In this document: piece after piece, positions 11,866-23,702 of the stretch
Layout: every line of letters starts with the position of its first letter
How positions within the stretch are numbered: position 1 is the stretch's first letter
NCBI GenBank assembly: GCA_030141605.1
Contig: JAQGDQ010000146.1
Location: 193,933-257,932 of the forward strand
Length of the DNA stretch: 64,000 bases
From: Tubiluchus corallicola
Taxonomy: Eukaryota; Animalia; Priapulida
Direction of reading: 5' to 3'
Notes under the pieces: generated by a model
The model's input: only the letters and a program-made list of their open reading frames with translations
Told to the model about the DNA's origin: nothing
The model's database searches: none
Made by a program: the position numbers and the translations under genes

Positions 11866-12574
11866 TTTGCTCATGATTCTTATTATTGTTACTGTTATTA
11901 TTATTATTATTTTGTGATTTGGCATTTAGAAGCTTCTCTGACAACCAAATTAATTTAAACTATGCTGTAAACATTATGAGTTTGTGTAAGCAAGGCTTCG
12001 TCGACTGTGTACTTTGACAAGAAAAAGACAAAGTTTCACTAATATGGAGCACTAAACGCGGCAAGCTTAGTTTGCCATGGGGACCGGTGTACAGACAGAT
12101 GACTTCTGCCTGTCCTCGGGCACATTTACCGGAGTTTCCATGATGATCGAAGTTAAATTTGCTTCCCGATTATTGATAAAAAACCTTTAACATGTTTTTT
12201 GTAGACACTGGAAAAATATGTACAGCTTCTTTTTAAGAAATAGGTTCAAAATACTATACAGTGCATCAAAATCAGGTAAAAATGTGATGCTATTACTGAG
12301 TACCATGTCAGCAATCCTGCTAAAATCTATAAATACAATCTAGGATGAATTAAAAATAAATGATTAAAAGCTTTAAAAATAAAAATTTCTCTTAATAAAA
12401 AACTTATCTGGCAAGCTGACACTGTCTATATGTTTGCTTACTGTACTTACTGGACTAGGGTCTCACTGGCACTTTATAGCCTTACGAGATTCATTGGGAA
12501 TCCTACTGTGTAATGACACAACATATTTAAATGACCGAGCAAAGAGCGTGACCAAAGTAACTTGATAACGGATT

Positions 12575-12775
12575 TTACACGTGACGTCTTTTTGATTCTT
12601 TTTTCGTTTTTCTGGAATGTTTGTGTTTATGTTTTCTCTTTTTCTTCTTCTTCTTACTACATGAATGAGCGTTGCTAGAGTCTGAATGGTGCTCAGATTT
12701 TCGACGCTTTTGTTTACAATCATAATCACTATCTGAGTCACTTGATGTTTTCTGTTTTAAAAGACTTTGCAGCTT
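12575..12775 (-). CDS. Candidate terminal exon of an unidentified Lys/Ser/His-rich nuclear-type protein
   Basis: T-rich acceptor ending aag, then KLQSLLKQKTSSDSDSDYD...KKKKKKRKHKHKHSRKTKKESKRRHV-stop; possible 35-nt upstream exon 13099-13133 (ASLYHALPLYE) in matching phase. Confidence 0.45.
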   Translation of the reverse strand, partial: KLQSLLKQKTSSDSDSDYDCKQKRRKSEHHSDSSNAHSCSKKKKKKRKHKHKHSRKTKKESKRRHV

Positions 12776-13345
12776 CTTTAAAAAAATCAAAAATAATTTA
12801 TAATACGTATTCTTTTAATATGTTTGGACTTCAGACAGCTGCATTCAGATGTACGTACATCTGACTTCAAAGAGATAAATACATTGAGGCAGTAAAGCAC
12901 ATGAAACTACTCAGAAAGGAAATCACAAGACAGACACCTGTTCATTTACCAATCAGTCCAGTCCAGGTCCATTGCTGACTGTCTTTGTTATAGTTGCCCC
13001 AGTGAAGTGGGCAACCAGAAAATTATCGGTTCGGTATGTCTGGCTATCCATCTATCGCAAGTTATTCTCGGCTCTGAAGTATTGTAGGAAGTAGATACCT
13101 CGTACAGTGGTAGAGCATGGTACAGGCTCGCAGCTATAAATTTTGAGTGAACTGTGCAGCTCGAATTTTTACAAATTTTTGATGCTTGTGTAACGAAGTT
13201 CTGTAGCTAATATGCCCATGTTCAGATGTACGTGATCAATAAACACCAGTGACAGCTAAATGATTTATGATTCATCAGGTAACGACAATTGTCTACATGA
13301 TACACCAGTCCATGAGTTAATTAGATGTTTAAATTCGCCAAGATT

Positions 13346-13382
13346 TTCGGAGGCGTGGGTTCGTATCCCACCGCTGCCACCA
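13346..13382 (+). pseudogene. tRNA-Leu 3' fragment with encoded CCA
   Basis: ttcggaggcgtgggttcgtatcccaccgctgcca+cca matches the variable arm, T arm and acceptor strand of metazoan tRNA-Leu(NAG) as recalled, except one base; 5' half absent. Confidence 0.8.
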
Positions 13383-13389
13383 CGCCATT

Positions 13390-13880
13390 AATTAAAGAAT
13401 GTACCAGCTCTGTCTCAAACACCAAGACGACAAGAATAAATTTAACAACCTTATTGTGACTCGCAAAGCAACGAGGTTATAACTAGAAAGATGAGCGCAA
13501 CCGAAAAATAAAGAAGTTGAAAACAAAAGGGCAACTTTGCAAAAGGGGTAAAGTTGATAACAATAACAACAAAGTGTATACTTTGATAACAACACGCATG
13601 TATACTGGCGTTAGAATATGCAGAGGAATAACAGCGAATCTGAAGTGCAAAACAAAACAAGAAAAAGAAAGAAATCAGCGAGGTGTTACCTACAGGCACA
13701 TTTGCACAGATTCGTTGAACAGCAATGGAGAGAGTCCCGAGAACAAATTGCAAGGCCTTGAAGCAAGGTTCCAGTAATTTATAAAGCTGCCGTTAGATAG
13801 CACTACAAAACAGGATCTAATGGCTGCGCTGTTAGCGTAACTATAGTATGAAATCATCGTAAAACAAACGTCAAATTTCA
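13390..13880 (-). mobile_element. Probable truncated LINE 3' fragment (CR1/L2/jockey-like)
   Basis: Minus-strand ORF end SF-INYWNL...P...FSGLS..LF...V...L-stop followed by a T-rich UTR and a short ctcg..cgag hairpin. Confidence 0.4.
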
Positions 13881-14441
13881 ATAAAAGCTTTCAAGGTGCG
13901 CTTGCTTACGTTGCCATAAATTATCAACATGAAATATGTGCATTTATTGAAGCTGTATAGTATTTACATTAGTCAAAATCCATGCAAGGTTTTTCACGTT
14001 TCTCACAATGTTTTGCTTTAAGTATAAACGAATACGGAATAGTTAAACAGACAAGATTGTAATCTCATGGAAATGAGTATGTATAAGACAGACATAGAAA
14101 ATTTTTATTTATCTCCTTAAAATAACATTTTACAGGGTAAAGGTAAAAATTAATTACGTATATAACATTAATACGAGAGCAGTATAAGTGCGAAGAAGTC
14201 GGAAGATGAATTACAGGAGGTGCAGGAAAAAGGGTAGCGAGGGACCAATGAATTGATCATCATGTCAGCTACCCTTTTATGGTTAAATGAATGAAAAGTT
14301 TGAGGTACTGCAAAAATTAATAGAAAAAACTGAAAACGTAATATATGACAACAGAACATGTGCAAATGTGAAAAATAGGACTACAGAATTTCTCATGGAA
14401 CTTCGATACATGTTCCCTATTAGAAAAGTAGAAACTATGTA

Positions 14442-14859
14442 CAGTCGACCCTCGTTAAACCGGACCCTGTTAGCCCGGATATCGGATAAGACGGACATCA
14501 TCCATGGTAAAGGAAACTGCCCGATTTCCGACCGAGCCGGAGCGCTAAACATAACACGGCCTACGAACTCACCACGAGCCATTGAGGGGCGGAAGCGGCT
14601 CGCAGTGCCACCCAGGCTGCTACAATTCCCGCCAAAATTCAGTTTGCTTACCCTATCGAAAGCACTCGCTAATTTCTTTATCCTCACAGGTTAACTATTT
14701 TAAAGTAATATACAGTATAGTATATAGTGCACAGTATATAGGCCTTATTAAGGTGATTATTCCTTTATAATATAGACCATATATAGGCATATCGGATAAA
14801 TCGGGCAATTAGCTAAACTGGACCACCCCCAATTAGTCCGGTTTAACGAGGGTTGACTG
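14442..14859. mobile_element. Tc1/mariner-pogo type MITE
   Basis: TIRs cagtcgaccctcgttaaaccggac / gtccggtttaacgagggttgactg with TA on both sides. Confidence 0.9.
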
Positions 14860-15037
14860 TACTGCACAAGCAGCAGATGCGCCACAATTTAATTAATACT
14901 GTTGCTGCTGCTGCTGCTGCTGCTAATAATAATAATCAGTAATAGTAACATTGAAAGTAAGTCTTCTTGGAATTAATTAGTAATAATTAGTCAAAGGTCC
15001 AGGGGTAACACCTGAAATGTTTGTTTGCTTATTGCTA

Positions 15038-15338
15038 CTGTTTTATGTTGATGTACCTGGATTTCTATCTAGAAGTTAAAAAGTTAAAATTTATCTGCTG
15101 AAACTATATAGATAAGAAAAGTGGCAAAGTCAATTTTACTGTTTCGTTAACTTTAAGGTTGTTGACTATTGTTGTTAACAATGCCATGTTATTGTTTACT
15201 TTTGTTTTTTGTTCAAAAGAAAGGAGATGTTATGTATTAATGTGTCAGAACGCATTGTAAATAAAGTAGTTCGGCAACACGCATAATGGTGTAGTGTATT
15301 TCGTTAGATAGAAATCCAGGTATATCAACATAAAACAG
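15038..15338. mobile_element. Small MITE-like element
   Basis: About 34-nt inverted ends ctgttttatgttgatgtacctggatttctatcta / tagatagaaatccaggtatatcaacataaaacag. Confidence 0.65.
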
Positions 15339-15439
15339 CTACAACGTGGCCTACTTTTGTACCTAGGAGCCTCCCGATCTTTGTTGCTATTTCCCGCCTT
15401 CCTGAATAATTATTATTATAATCTGCCACATTTCCATGT

Positions 15440-16020
15440 TATGATTTTTCATAAACTACCCGATTTTCAAGTAAGATAAAAACTATACATTTTAACACGA
15501 TTAATACTGCAAAAGCGTTTATGATAATTAAATAATAGATTAAAATCTTAATTAACAGCAGGTTAGTCCAACTATTGATGACATCACAAACTAACATAAT
15601 TTTCAATAGCTAAAATATTTCTTGAGTGCCTTGCACGTGTTTGCGAAAGTGAAAATTGAAGTACAGTGCTACTGTAAGATATTCACTGCGTTGTACTAAA
15701 ACTAGGCAAGTTTTAAAATAAAAATTCAAATTTACCGCTGTGTGTAGTTCATCACAAAGTAACACATCTCAACTGAGAGGTACAGCACCTGTTTTTGTGC
15801 AATGCATTTTTGCAATGCAGGTGCTAATGCCCGTTTAACTATCGAATGGCATAATGCATGTAACAATGAAGAAGTGGTGCGAACGCGAAATTGTGTTTGT
15901 GTGGTAATAATTCTCTCATGTATGTTGTTTTTGAAAAAAATAGTATGTTTCCTTTCATTATTTTTTAAGTAGTAGCTTGTTTTGACCTACAGTTTAAGAT
16001 TGGGTCCAATTTTGCTTTAA
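15440..16020 (+). mobile_element. TTAA-flanked non-autonomous DNA element, family R2 (Kolobok-like)
   Basis: Homologous to 50850-51468 and, inverted, 34869-35525. Confidence 0.75.
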
Positions 16021-16058
16021 ATTATTTTCGTAACGCTTCTTTATTTAGTTTGTAGCTT

Positions 16059-16209
16059 ATGGCTTCAATATCATCGGTAACTTCTGGTGACATAGCTGAC
16101 TGGCTTGCTACACTGCAGCTGGATAGATATACGGACAAGTTCCTACAGCGAGGCTACAATTCTTTACTAGAATGCCCGGATTTCACTGAAGAGCATCTCA
16201 AAGCAATGG
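16059..16209 (+). CDS. ARAP-like exon 1: SAM domain N-terminal part
   Basis: MASISSVTSGDIADWLATLQLDRYTDKFLQRGYNSLLECPDFTEEHLKAMG; gtaatg donor. Confidence 0.9.
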
Positions 16210-19200
16210 GTAATGTTACTTAAATATTTAAGTAGGAGAAAAAGATAATTATAAAAGATATCTCACAAACCTTTCCACACAAAGTTATATTACTTAACGC
16301 TACGCTTACCTGCTTGAAGACTTATGTGACTAGAAAAGAAAGAATCGTAGTATTGCGTGACCAGAAAAGAAATATTAGCGCCATCTCGTTAGATGTCACT
16401 GACTCACTTCCCAGTGAGCACCACTGACTCACCAAAAAACATATTGTTAATCATATTGACAAGATACAGTCAGTAAATAAGTATCTTTATTTATCACCTT
16501 TTTTACAAGAAAAACACGGAGCATAAAATGATAATATGATACAAAGTGACACGATTATTAAATGAATAAATTATCTACGGTAATGATATTCAGGTGATTG
16601 GTGAAAGGGTGGTGAAAAACTAAAAGTTACCAAAGTCAACCACCCTGTAAGTAATGTTGCTATTAGTAATATGCGCAATTATCTTGACGAAGATTTCAGA
16701 ATAAGGTGTGTAAAACTATTGGGAATAAGTTTAAATTTTAACATAAATATCATGGACATAAAGGCATAATAAATACGTATAATGTTGATATTCTAAGCAA
16801 TGTGTAGATTTCCGCATATAGAATTGCCTTACCTCTTACCTTTCATTTACATGTTAGTACTGAATATGGCACGTTTTCAATAAGGCATCTAGATAGTCAT
16901 CTGGCCTCTATCTGCTGTAAAATTACATTATAATGAATAGTACTAATGGCTACATATATATATATGTGTATATATACATATACATACATATGCATATATT
17001 ATATACATAATTGGATACATGCGCTTACTTACACACATATACATAGACATATATATATATATGCTCATATATATACACACATATACATACACATACACAT
17101 AAATATGCATACCTAGCAGAAAAATACAGTAAGTTATGCTTGTTAGCTAGTGTAGTATGCACTGCAAATTATTTTTTCAAACCTTACGCAATGTTATACA
17201 GCTCACAGCTTACAATGTGAATAGTGGTTAAGCAAGCATAAATGATTACTTTTTACCTCTCCAATCTTCTCTGGATGCTTTATCTATATTGAATAAGCAA
17301 CAGTTCTGTTGTCTAAACTTGTTTCAAACAAGAAAAGTCAAATGGCTGTACATAACGATCATCGCGGCAGCTTGAATATACAAGTTTTATACAGCATTAC
17401 TACTAATGCAAGCTCTATGTGCAATAAGGCCAGTATGTAGGGGATTCAAAATGTGAGTAAAGTATTTAAGGGTTTTCTTGTGCTTTAAATTTCTAGCATT
17501 ATGTGTGCTTACTGATTTAAAGCAGGCAGAAATATTGTGTCTTAAGAATTTTGCTGAATGTATTTTGTTGTATGCTGAATAAAGATTCGTCTAAGATTCG
17601 TGACGTGAAAAGATAGTTTTTAAGTCAACCCATTATTTTGTATACGTTACGAAGTAACAGTACTTGTGTACTTGCTAACTGCACTGAATTACATAATTTC
17701 GATTTTAGAAGGGGTTATATTAAATTTTTATTGCACAAATAGCATTGGTTGGTGTGTTTGATTTGTAAATATTTTATTATTTGACTGCAGTTTATCAACT
17801 GTACAAGAAAATATGTGTAGAATTTTTAAGAGACTTTACTTTTTGTCTGCTGTCTGTGTTTGGTGTTACTTAACTGTTTATTATAAAATGCTGTACCACT
17901 CATGCGAATGCCCTTTTACTCTGCACACTGAACTGTTTGTTTGCACTTCGTGCTTTTTTAGTTCCGTATAAAGCTTTAGCTTCGTTGACTAACCGTAGCA
18001 ATTTTTGTCGTGGTTTGTTTGACCTGTGTTAGCTGAGGAATGTGTCTATACATTACTGAGTGCCAGTACACAGTAAGACTAAATGTTGTCGTGACTTGGT
18101 ACCACCAAGTTTGAGGTGTATCTGTGTTTTGCATGCAGTTTATATTTTTTAAATCTAAGCAAGTTGTATTGTAGTGTTGTGTGGATTATTGTACTGCCCG
18201 TGTGTTGACACGCTATATTGATCATCACAACAGCTTGGTGATTTTGTTTAAAAGACAAGAAAAGAGGTGCCTTAAGTAGGTTTCAGAAAAATCGTCTTAA
18301 CAAATTTTATTACTTTATAGCAATTTTATGCACATATCGTACTCGCAAGGAAAGGATTTTTTATTTGTTTTCATTTCAAATCACCCGCAATACTGTTCTA
18401 ACAGCACCATTACATGACGTCATATACGTACAACATAAATCAGGTGAAGAAATGGCAATGTTAAACTATGTCCCAAGAAACTTTCCATGCAAAATTATAT
18501 TACATAGCATTTCTCTTACCAGCTTGAAAGACTTATGTAACTAGAAAAGAATATTATTAATTATTTGAAATGCTTTCACCAATTGGTAAAATGTCCTTGA
18601 CTCCAGGGTGCACCGCTGACTTACCAAAAATGTATTTTTGATCTTATTGTTCAGATACAGTAATTTTATATTTTGTTTAGTTAGTGACATGTGTGCTGCG
18701 AATGCTCTGATTATGTTGTAAAAATTTACACAATGTTATCTAAACTTATTTCAAATGACTTATCGTCAAATTGACTGGATCTCACGGCCATCGCAGGAGT
18801 TGAAATTTACATATTTTATACAGGGTTATAGCCGACGCAAATCTAATAGGCAAAAAGGCAGTACGTAAGTGGTATAAAATTTCAAGACGAATTTTTTAAG
18901 CTTTATGTAAGTGGAAGGTTTTCCACTTACTAGCTTAAAAGTTTTGCCTGAAACCGTATTGCAGTTTCGATCTAATGAAATTGTCAAATGTTTTTTCAGG
19001 CATCGAGTTGCTCGGTCATCGAAAACGTATTCTACACAGGTTTCCAACTGCAAAAGAGCAGGCGCTTTTAATCGCCCGTGTTAAAACGCCGGATACCGAA
19101 GTACCACCTCTTCTGCCTCCCAAGGAACGCAAAACATCTAAGTCACCTGAATGGGACGACATACTGGGATGCGGCTCTTCATCAGCTTCAAGTAGAGTGT

Positions 19201-22200
19201 CTGTTAATGCTCCGTACGAGTGCATTTATGGTAACGATTGGGACCGTACTGGAGCTAAACCAAAACGTTTTCCAAAAACTCATATGCCAGACATGGCTGA
19301 TTCAGTAAACGAGCAACATTATATAAATGATGTTTTTGCATTTCATGATGCTGCGCACGATCAAGATGTTGAACATGATTCTCTTGAACCTCTCGCTTCT
19401 GCTGATACCGTACAGACTTCAAGTGAACATCCGTATGAAAATGTTTCGACTTTGAATAAAAACACCGACCAATATAAAACATCTTCTGTGTCTGGCTTGC
19501 GCGAGGCTGATCAAAATGTCGTGCCCAGCAAACCTGTTCGAAAACCGGTGCCAATGCCGCGAAAGTCATTGGAGAATAAAGTTAGAAATATGTGCGCTGT
19601 AAAAACGGAAGAGGAAGGTGTGAACGTTGCTAACGAGGTGCCTGTACCAGCCAAGCTTAACCCAGTGACAGAGCACGCATGTGTTCCTTCACAACAGAAT
19701 CACACTGATGTGTCTAATGACGAACACTGCAGCTTTAACGTGACTTATGAAAATGCGCAAGAGCTTAAAAATGGGAAACCAATCTCTGTCCTCAGTGAAA
19801 ATGAAAGCAGTACCGATCGCGATTACCCCTTAAAGGGTGACGATGGCCCCGAGATGGGAGTGAAAGAAATTGTCATCGCAGAAACCTATCAACTTTCTCC
19901 ATCGGTGAAAACGAATCAAGATTGTTTTCCATATTCCCAGATTCTGCATGACGTTTCTAACAACGTAGATATGAACCGACTGATAAGTAAAGAGGGCGGA
20001 TACTCTGATGAAAATTTTGAAATGCCTCCGCCTAAAATACCTCCGCCTCCTTTACAAACGAAGACGAACGTTCTAACAGATTTGTCGCGCATTCCTGCTG
20101 TACCCGTGCGACAAGGTGTGTCAACCGTACTCGTAAGTGACGTTGCGCCGCCTATTCCGCCAAGGCCATCCAATCACAACGCTGAACTTGAACTGTTGCT
20201 AAAAACAGGAAGTGATCTAGTTGACATGGAGATTAAAGATGGCACTCTTGGCTTAGGAATTTCTCCTGATGGTGATACCAGGCTGCTCCTCGGAAAGGAT
20301 AAACCAACACCGCAGCTGACATCTCCTACTTCCAGCCAGCTAAAAGAAACCAATGGTGAAATCACAAATAAAAGTAATTTGAAGGAGTGCTCAAAGCCAT
20401 CGGGTAACTGACATTTATCACTTTTTCAAACTGTTTTCTTCTTTTTTCTACAAAGTAAATACAACATACGTTTAACAATAGTCGACTAAAGTAAATCAAC
20501 TTTTGTTTTGTCGCTTAGATTAAATAACTTAGATTAAAGTTTTTCTGGAATGATTTTTTGTGATAGATAATCGCGCAGTCACTTCTAAATTTTGATAAAG
20601 CTTGATTCTGTCAATTTTCCCAACCAATCTTCAGTGAAATCTACTATTTCTGATCCAAAACCCACTTTTTTTTACGAAATTTTACTGCAATCCATGTATA
20701 ATTTTTTTGAGATATTGAGCGGAAAGCATAATGTTTTGACTTGGGGCTGGTCTCCTTAGCAGTTTCTTGTTTAGCAGACATAGTCTCACGAGTTGTGAAA
20801 ACCTGTGTAGGTTTATTGTCAAGTTGTTAAATAACTTACACTCTCATGCACTACCCTTGATGTACCGTCCTAATACTATCTGGAATTCAAGAAATCACCA
20901 GAGATTAAAACTTGTATTAAGTGAAAATACGTTTTCTGTAGGACTCAATATAATTTTTGAGATAGTAGATTGCATTTTGAAATTTCAAACTCAAAGGACA
21001 GAACAAGTCATTCAGTATTTTACTGTTATCACTTAAACTTAGAAAAATATGACAAAGGAATTTGCAAAGAACTGCTTATAAAGCATAAATTTAAAATAAA
21101 CTACCTCTGAATAGTAATTTTCAGGTGCGGTGGTTGCCTCCATTCGCTTGAAAATTATGACGTAATTGGGACACTTTGTAAGTTTTCGTAAGGACGTCAT
21201 GACTTTCCGTAAGCGCGCGCTGCTTAAACTAATTCAAACTTCTGCAGCTTACCTAATGTTCACGCAAAAATATTACAAAATTAACTATCCAATTTTTTTG
21301 TAAAAACTTATTGTACTTTTGCTTAAGACTCACAGTGCACTACTTTTCTTCAAGACAAATGATGTCACTGGAAGAAGAATGTGCATTGAAAATGGGAGCG
21401 CCCAAGCATGAAGCGATCGCGACGTTAAAGTGATTTTACTAATTATATGAGGCGCTTATTGCAGTTTCATTACTAAATCCTTATAACATTTTTTTGCAAA
21501 CATCGAAATAAACTTAACCTCCTAGAAAACTTGTCCTTTCCTTTAATTAGTCGGAATTCAGAATTTTGTTTTTTTAAATTTAAATTAGTGTCGTTTTACA
21601 GATTTTTAATAGATTTTGCGTACGTAAATTTTTCATGCTGCCTTTAAAGAATGGCGTCATGTTTTAACGGGAAATTTGCAAAAATATTTTGATATTGAAA
21701 TTGAAATCTTCTCTTTGTACAGAAAGTGAAGAGAAACACACTCCAAAAAAAGTTTCTGTGTCCCGACCAAAGAGTAAGAAAGGGAGTCAACGCCAAAGGG
21801 TAAGAAAGGTTCACATGCTCTGCTTATTTCTGTCTTGCATATAAAAGATAACGGATACATTTTTATCATATTAAGTCAATATATTTATTTGCTATTCTTG
21901 TGTATGATTAACTGGTCTTGTTTGTTCAAGCAGAGTAACGAACGTATGTCTTTTTGCAAATTAATTGAACCAATGCATAAAAATGAACGAATGAATGAAT
22001 GAGTGAATGAATGAATGGGTGAATGAATGAGCAAATGAACAAAGGAAGGAATGAATGAATGAGTGAGTGAAGGAATGAGCAAATGAATGAATGAATGAAT
22101 GAGCAAATGAACAAAGGAAGGAATGAATGAATGAGTGAGTGAAGGAATGAGCAAATGAATGAATGAATGAATGAGCAAATGAACAAAGGAAGGAAGGAAT

Positions 22201-23671
22201 GAATGAGTGAGTGAAGGAATGAGCAAATGAATGAATGAATGAATGAGCAAATGAACAAAGAAATGAATGAATAAATGAGTTGACATCCACATGTAGTTGT
22301 TGTGTATAATGTGAAGCATGCATGATCATGGCTTATATGGCTTTCATTTAAATTGGTTTCATTTACTTGTAAAAACTAGGCTCACGTCGAACACGTGATC
22401 AAGATGTCACGTGATCACTTGTACGAAATTGCATCATTTGCCTACGACACTGTCACTACTGCCCACCGCAGTTCATTAGGTACACATGTCTATGGCAAAT
22501 TGTGCGATCTTGATCATGGAAACTGCTACGTATGCGCGCAAAGTTCACACTCAGCTTTTAAAAGTATGATAGTCGACTGAAAACTTGGCTGTTTGATGTC
22601 TTGAATTCATCCTTATGATTAAAAACGCTTTCCTTTTAAACATTTCCTTAATATATCTATATATTGCTAATGGTTTTGTACATTTGTATACACATAATAT
22701 GCACATGTGTCTGTAAATGCATATGTTAGCATACAATGCATACACATAATATATATTCCTTTCAGTAATAATATTTTCTGTGTATAAATATTGCAATTGT
22801 AGCAAACAAAAGGAAATGATTTTGTTGCAGAATATTTGATTTGTTGTTTGATTTCAGAAGCAATTTCCTATTGATTTTGCCCGAGGAAATGTGTCACATT
22901 CAGATTATCTGCATAAAACAGGCTCAAATCAGAAAGGTCAGTCAGCATTGCAGATGCAGTAGGTTTAACAAGATCAGGGTTGCCGTTTATACGATAATCA
23001 GCCTTTTCACAGTTCCAGCGATTGACGATGATCGTGAAAAGGACTAAGGTTAATTGAGCCCAATAGCAACGCATTTGTGTATACTTGACAATGCCTCGCA
23101 GCCCATGCTGTTGTAATAGTAACAGTTTTAACAACTAGCTAGAATCATACCTAGTTCATTTTTTCTTGTATAATTAAGTAAAGTCCACGTAAAACAACTG
23201 AAGCGGCAAACGGCTTTGCTTTACACACATGTTACGTCACGGTTGTAGTTAAGATGCGCTGCTGTGATACACTTAACTTTTGACTTACAGCCACTGCGCA
23301 TGCGCACAACGAAACAGTGAAAAGGCTTATTTTCGGAATATATGAAAAATTTGAGGCTTCACACTGTATAAAGAAGAAAGTATACGATAAGTTAAATACA
23401 AAAAATAACTAGAGTTTAAAAAACTGTGAACTGCAGATGTCTAAAATTGTGAAGTTGATTTCATTGTAGTCTGAAGCATACTGGCTGCGGCAGTGGTTAC
23501 AGTTTCTTGAAAAAAAGAGTAATTTCAAAAAGAAGTTCTCTGATGATGACAATGATAAGGCTTGATCCGATGCAAACATTAATTAGCAACATTTTGCTGT
23601 GTTTTGAGAAATTTAACTTTACACTTTTCTTAATGCCACTATAGTTACTTGCTAATAATAATAATAATAAG

Positions 23672-23702
<31 letters not shown>

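Noticed and set aside
13346-13382. Functional tRNA-Leu gene
   Set aside because: 5' acceptor strand, D arm and anticodon arm are absent
14283-14694. Overlapping 134/135-aa ORFs
   Set aside because: Run across the boundary of a GC-rich MITE; no recognisable domain
21885-22329. HSFI-repeat ORFs
   Set aside because: Translations of the GAAT satellite, open in all three minus frames
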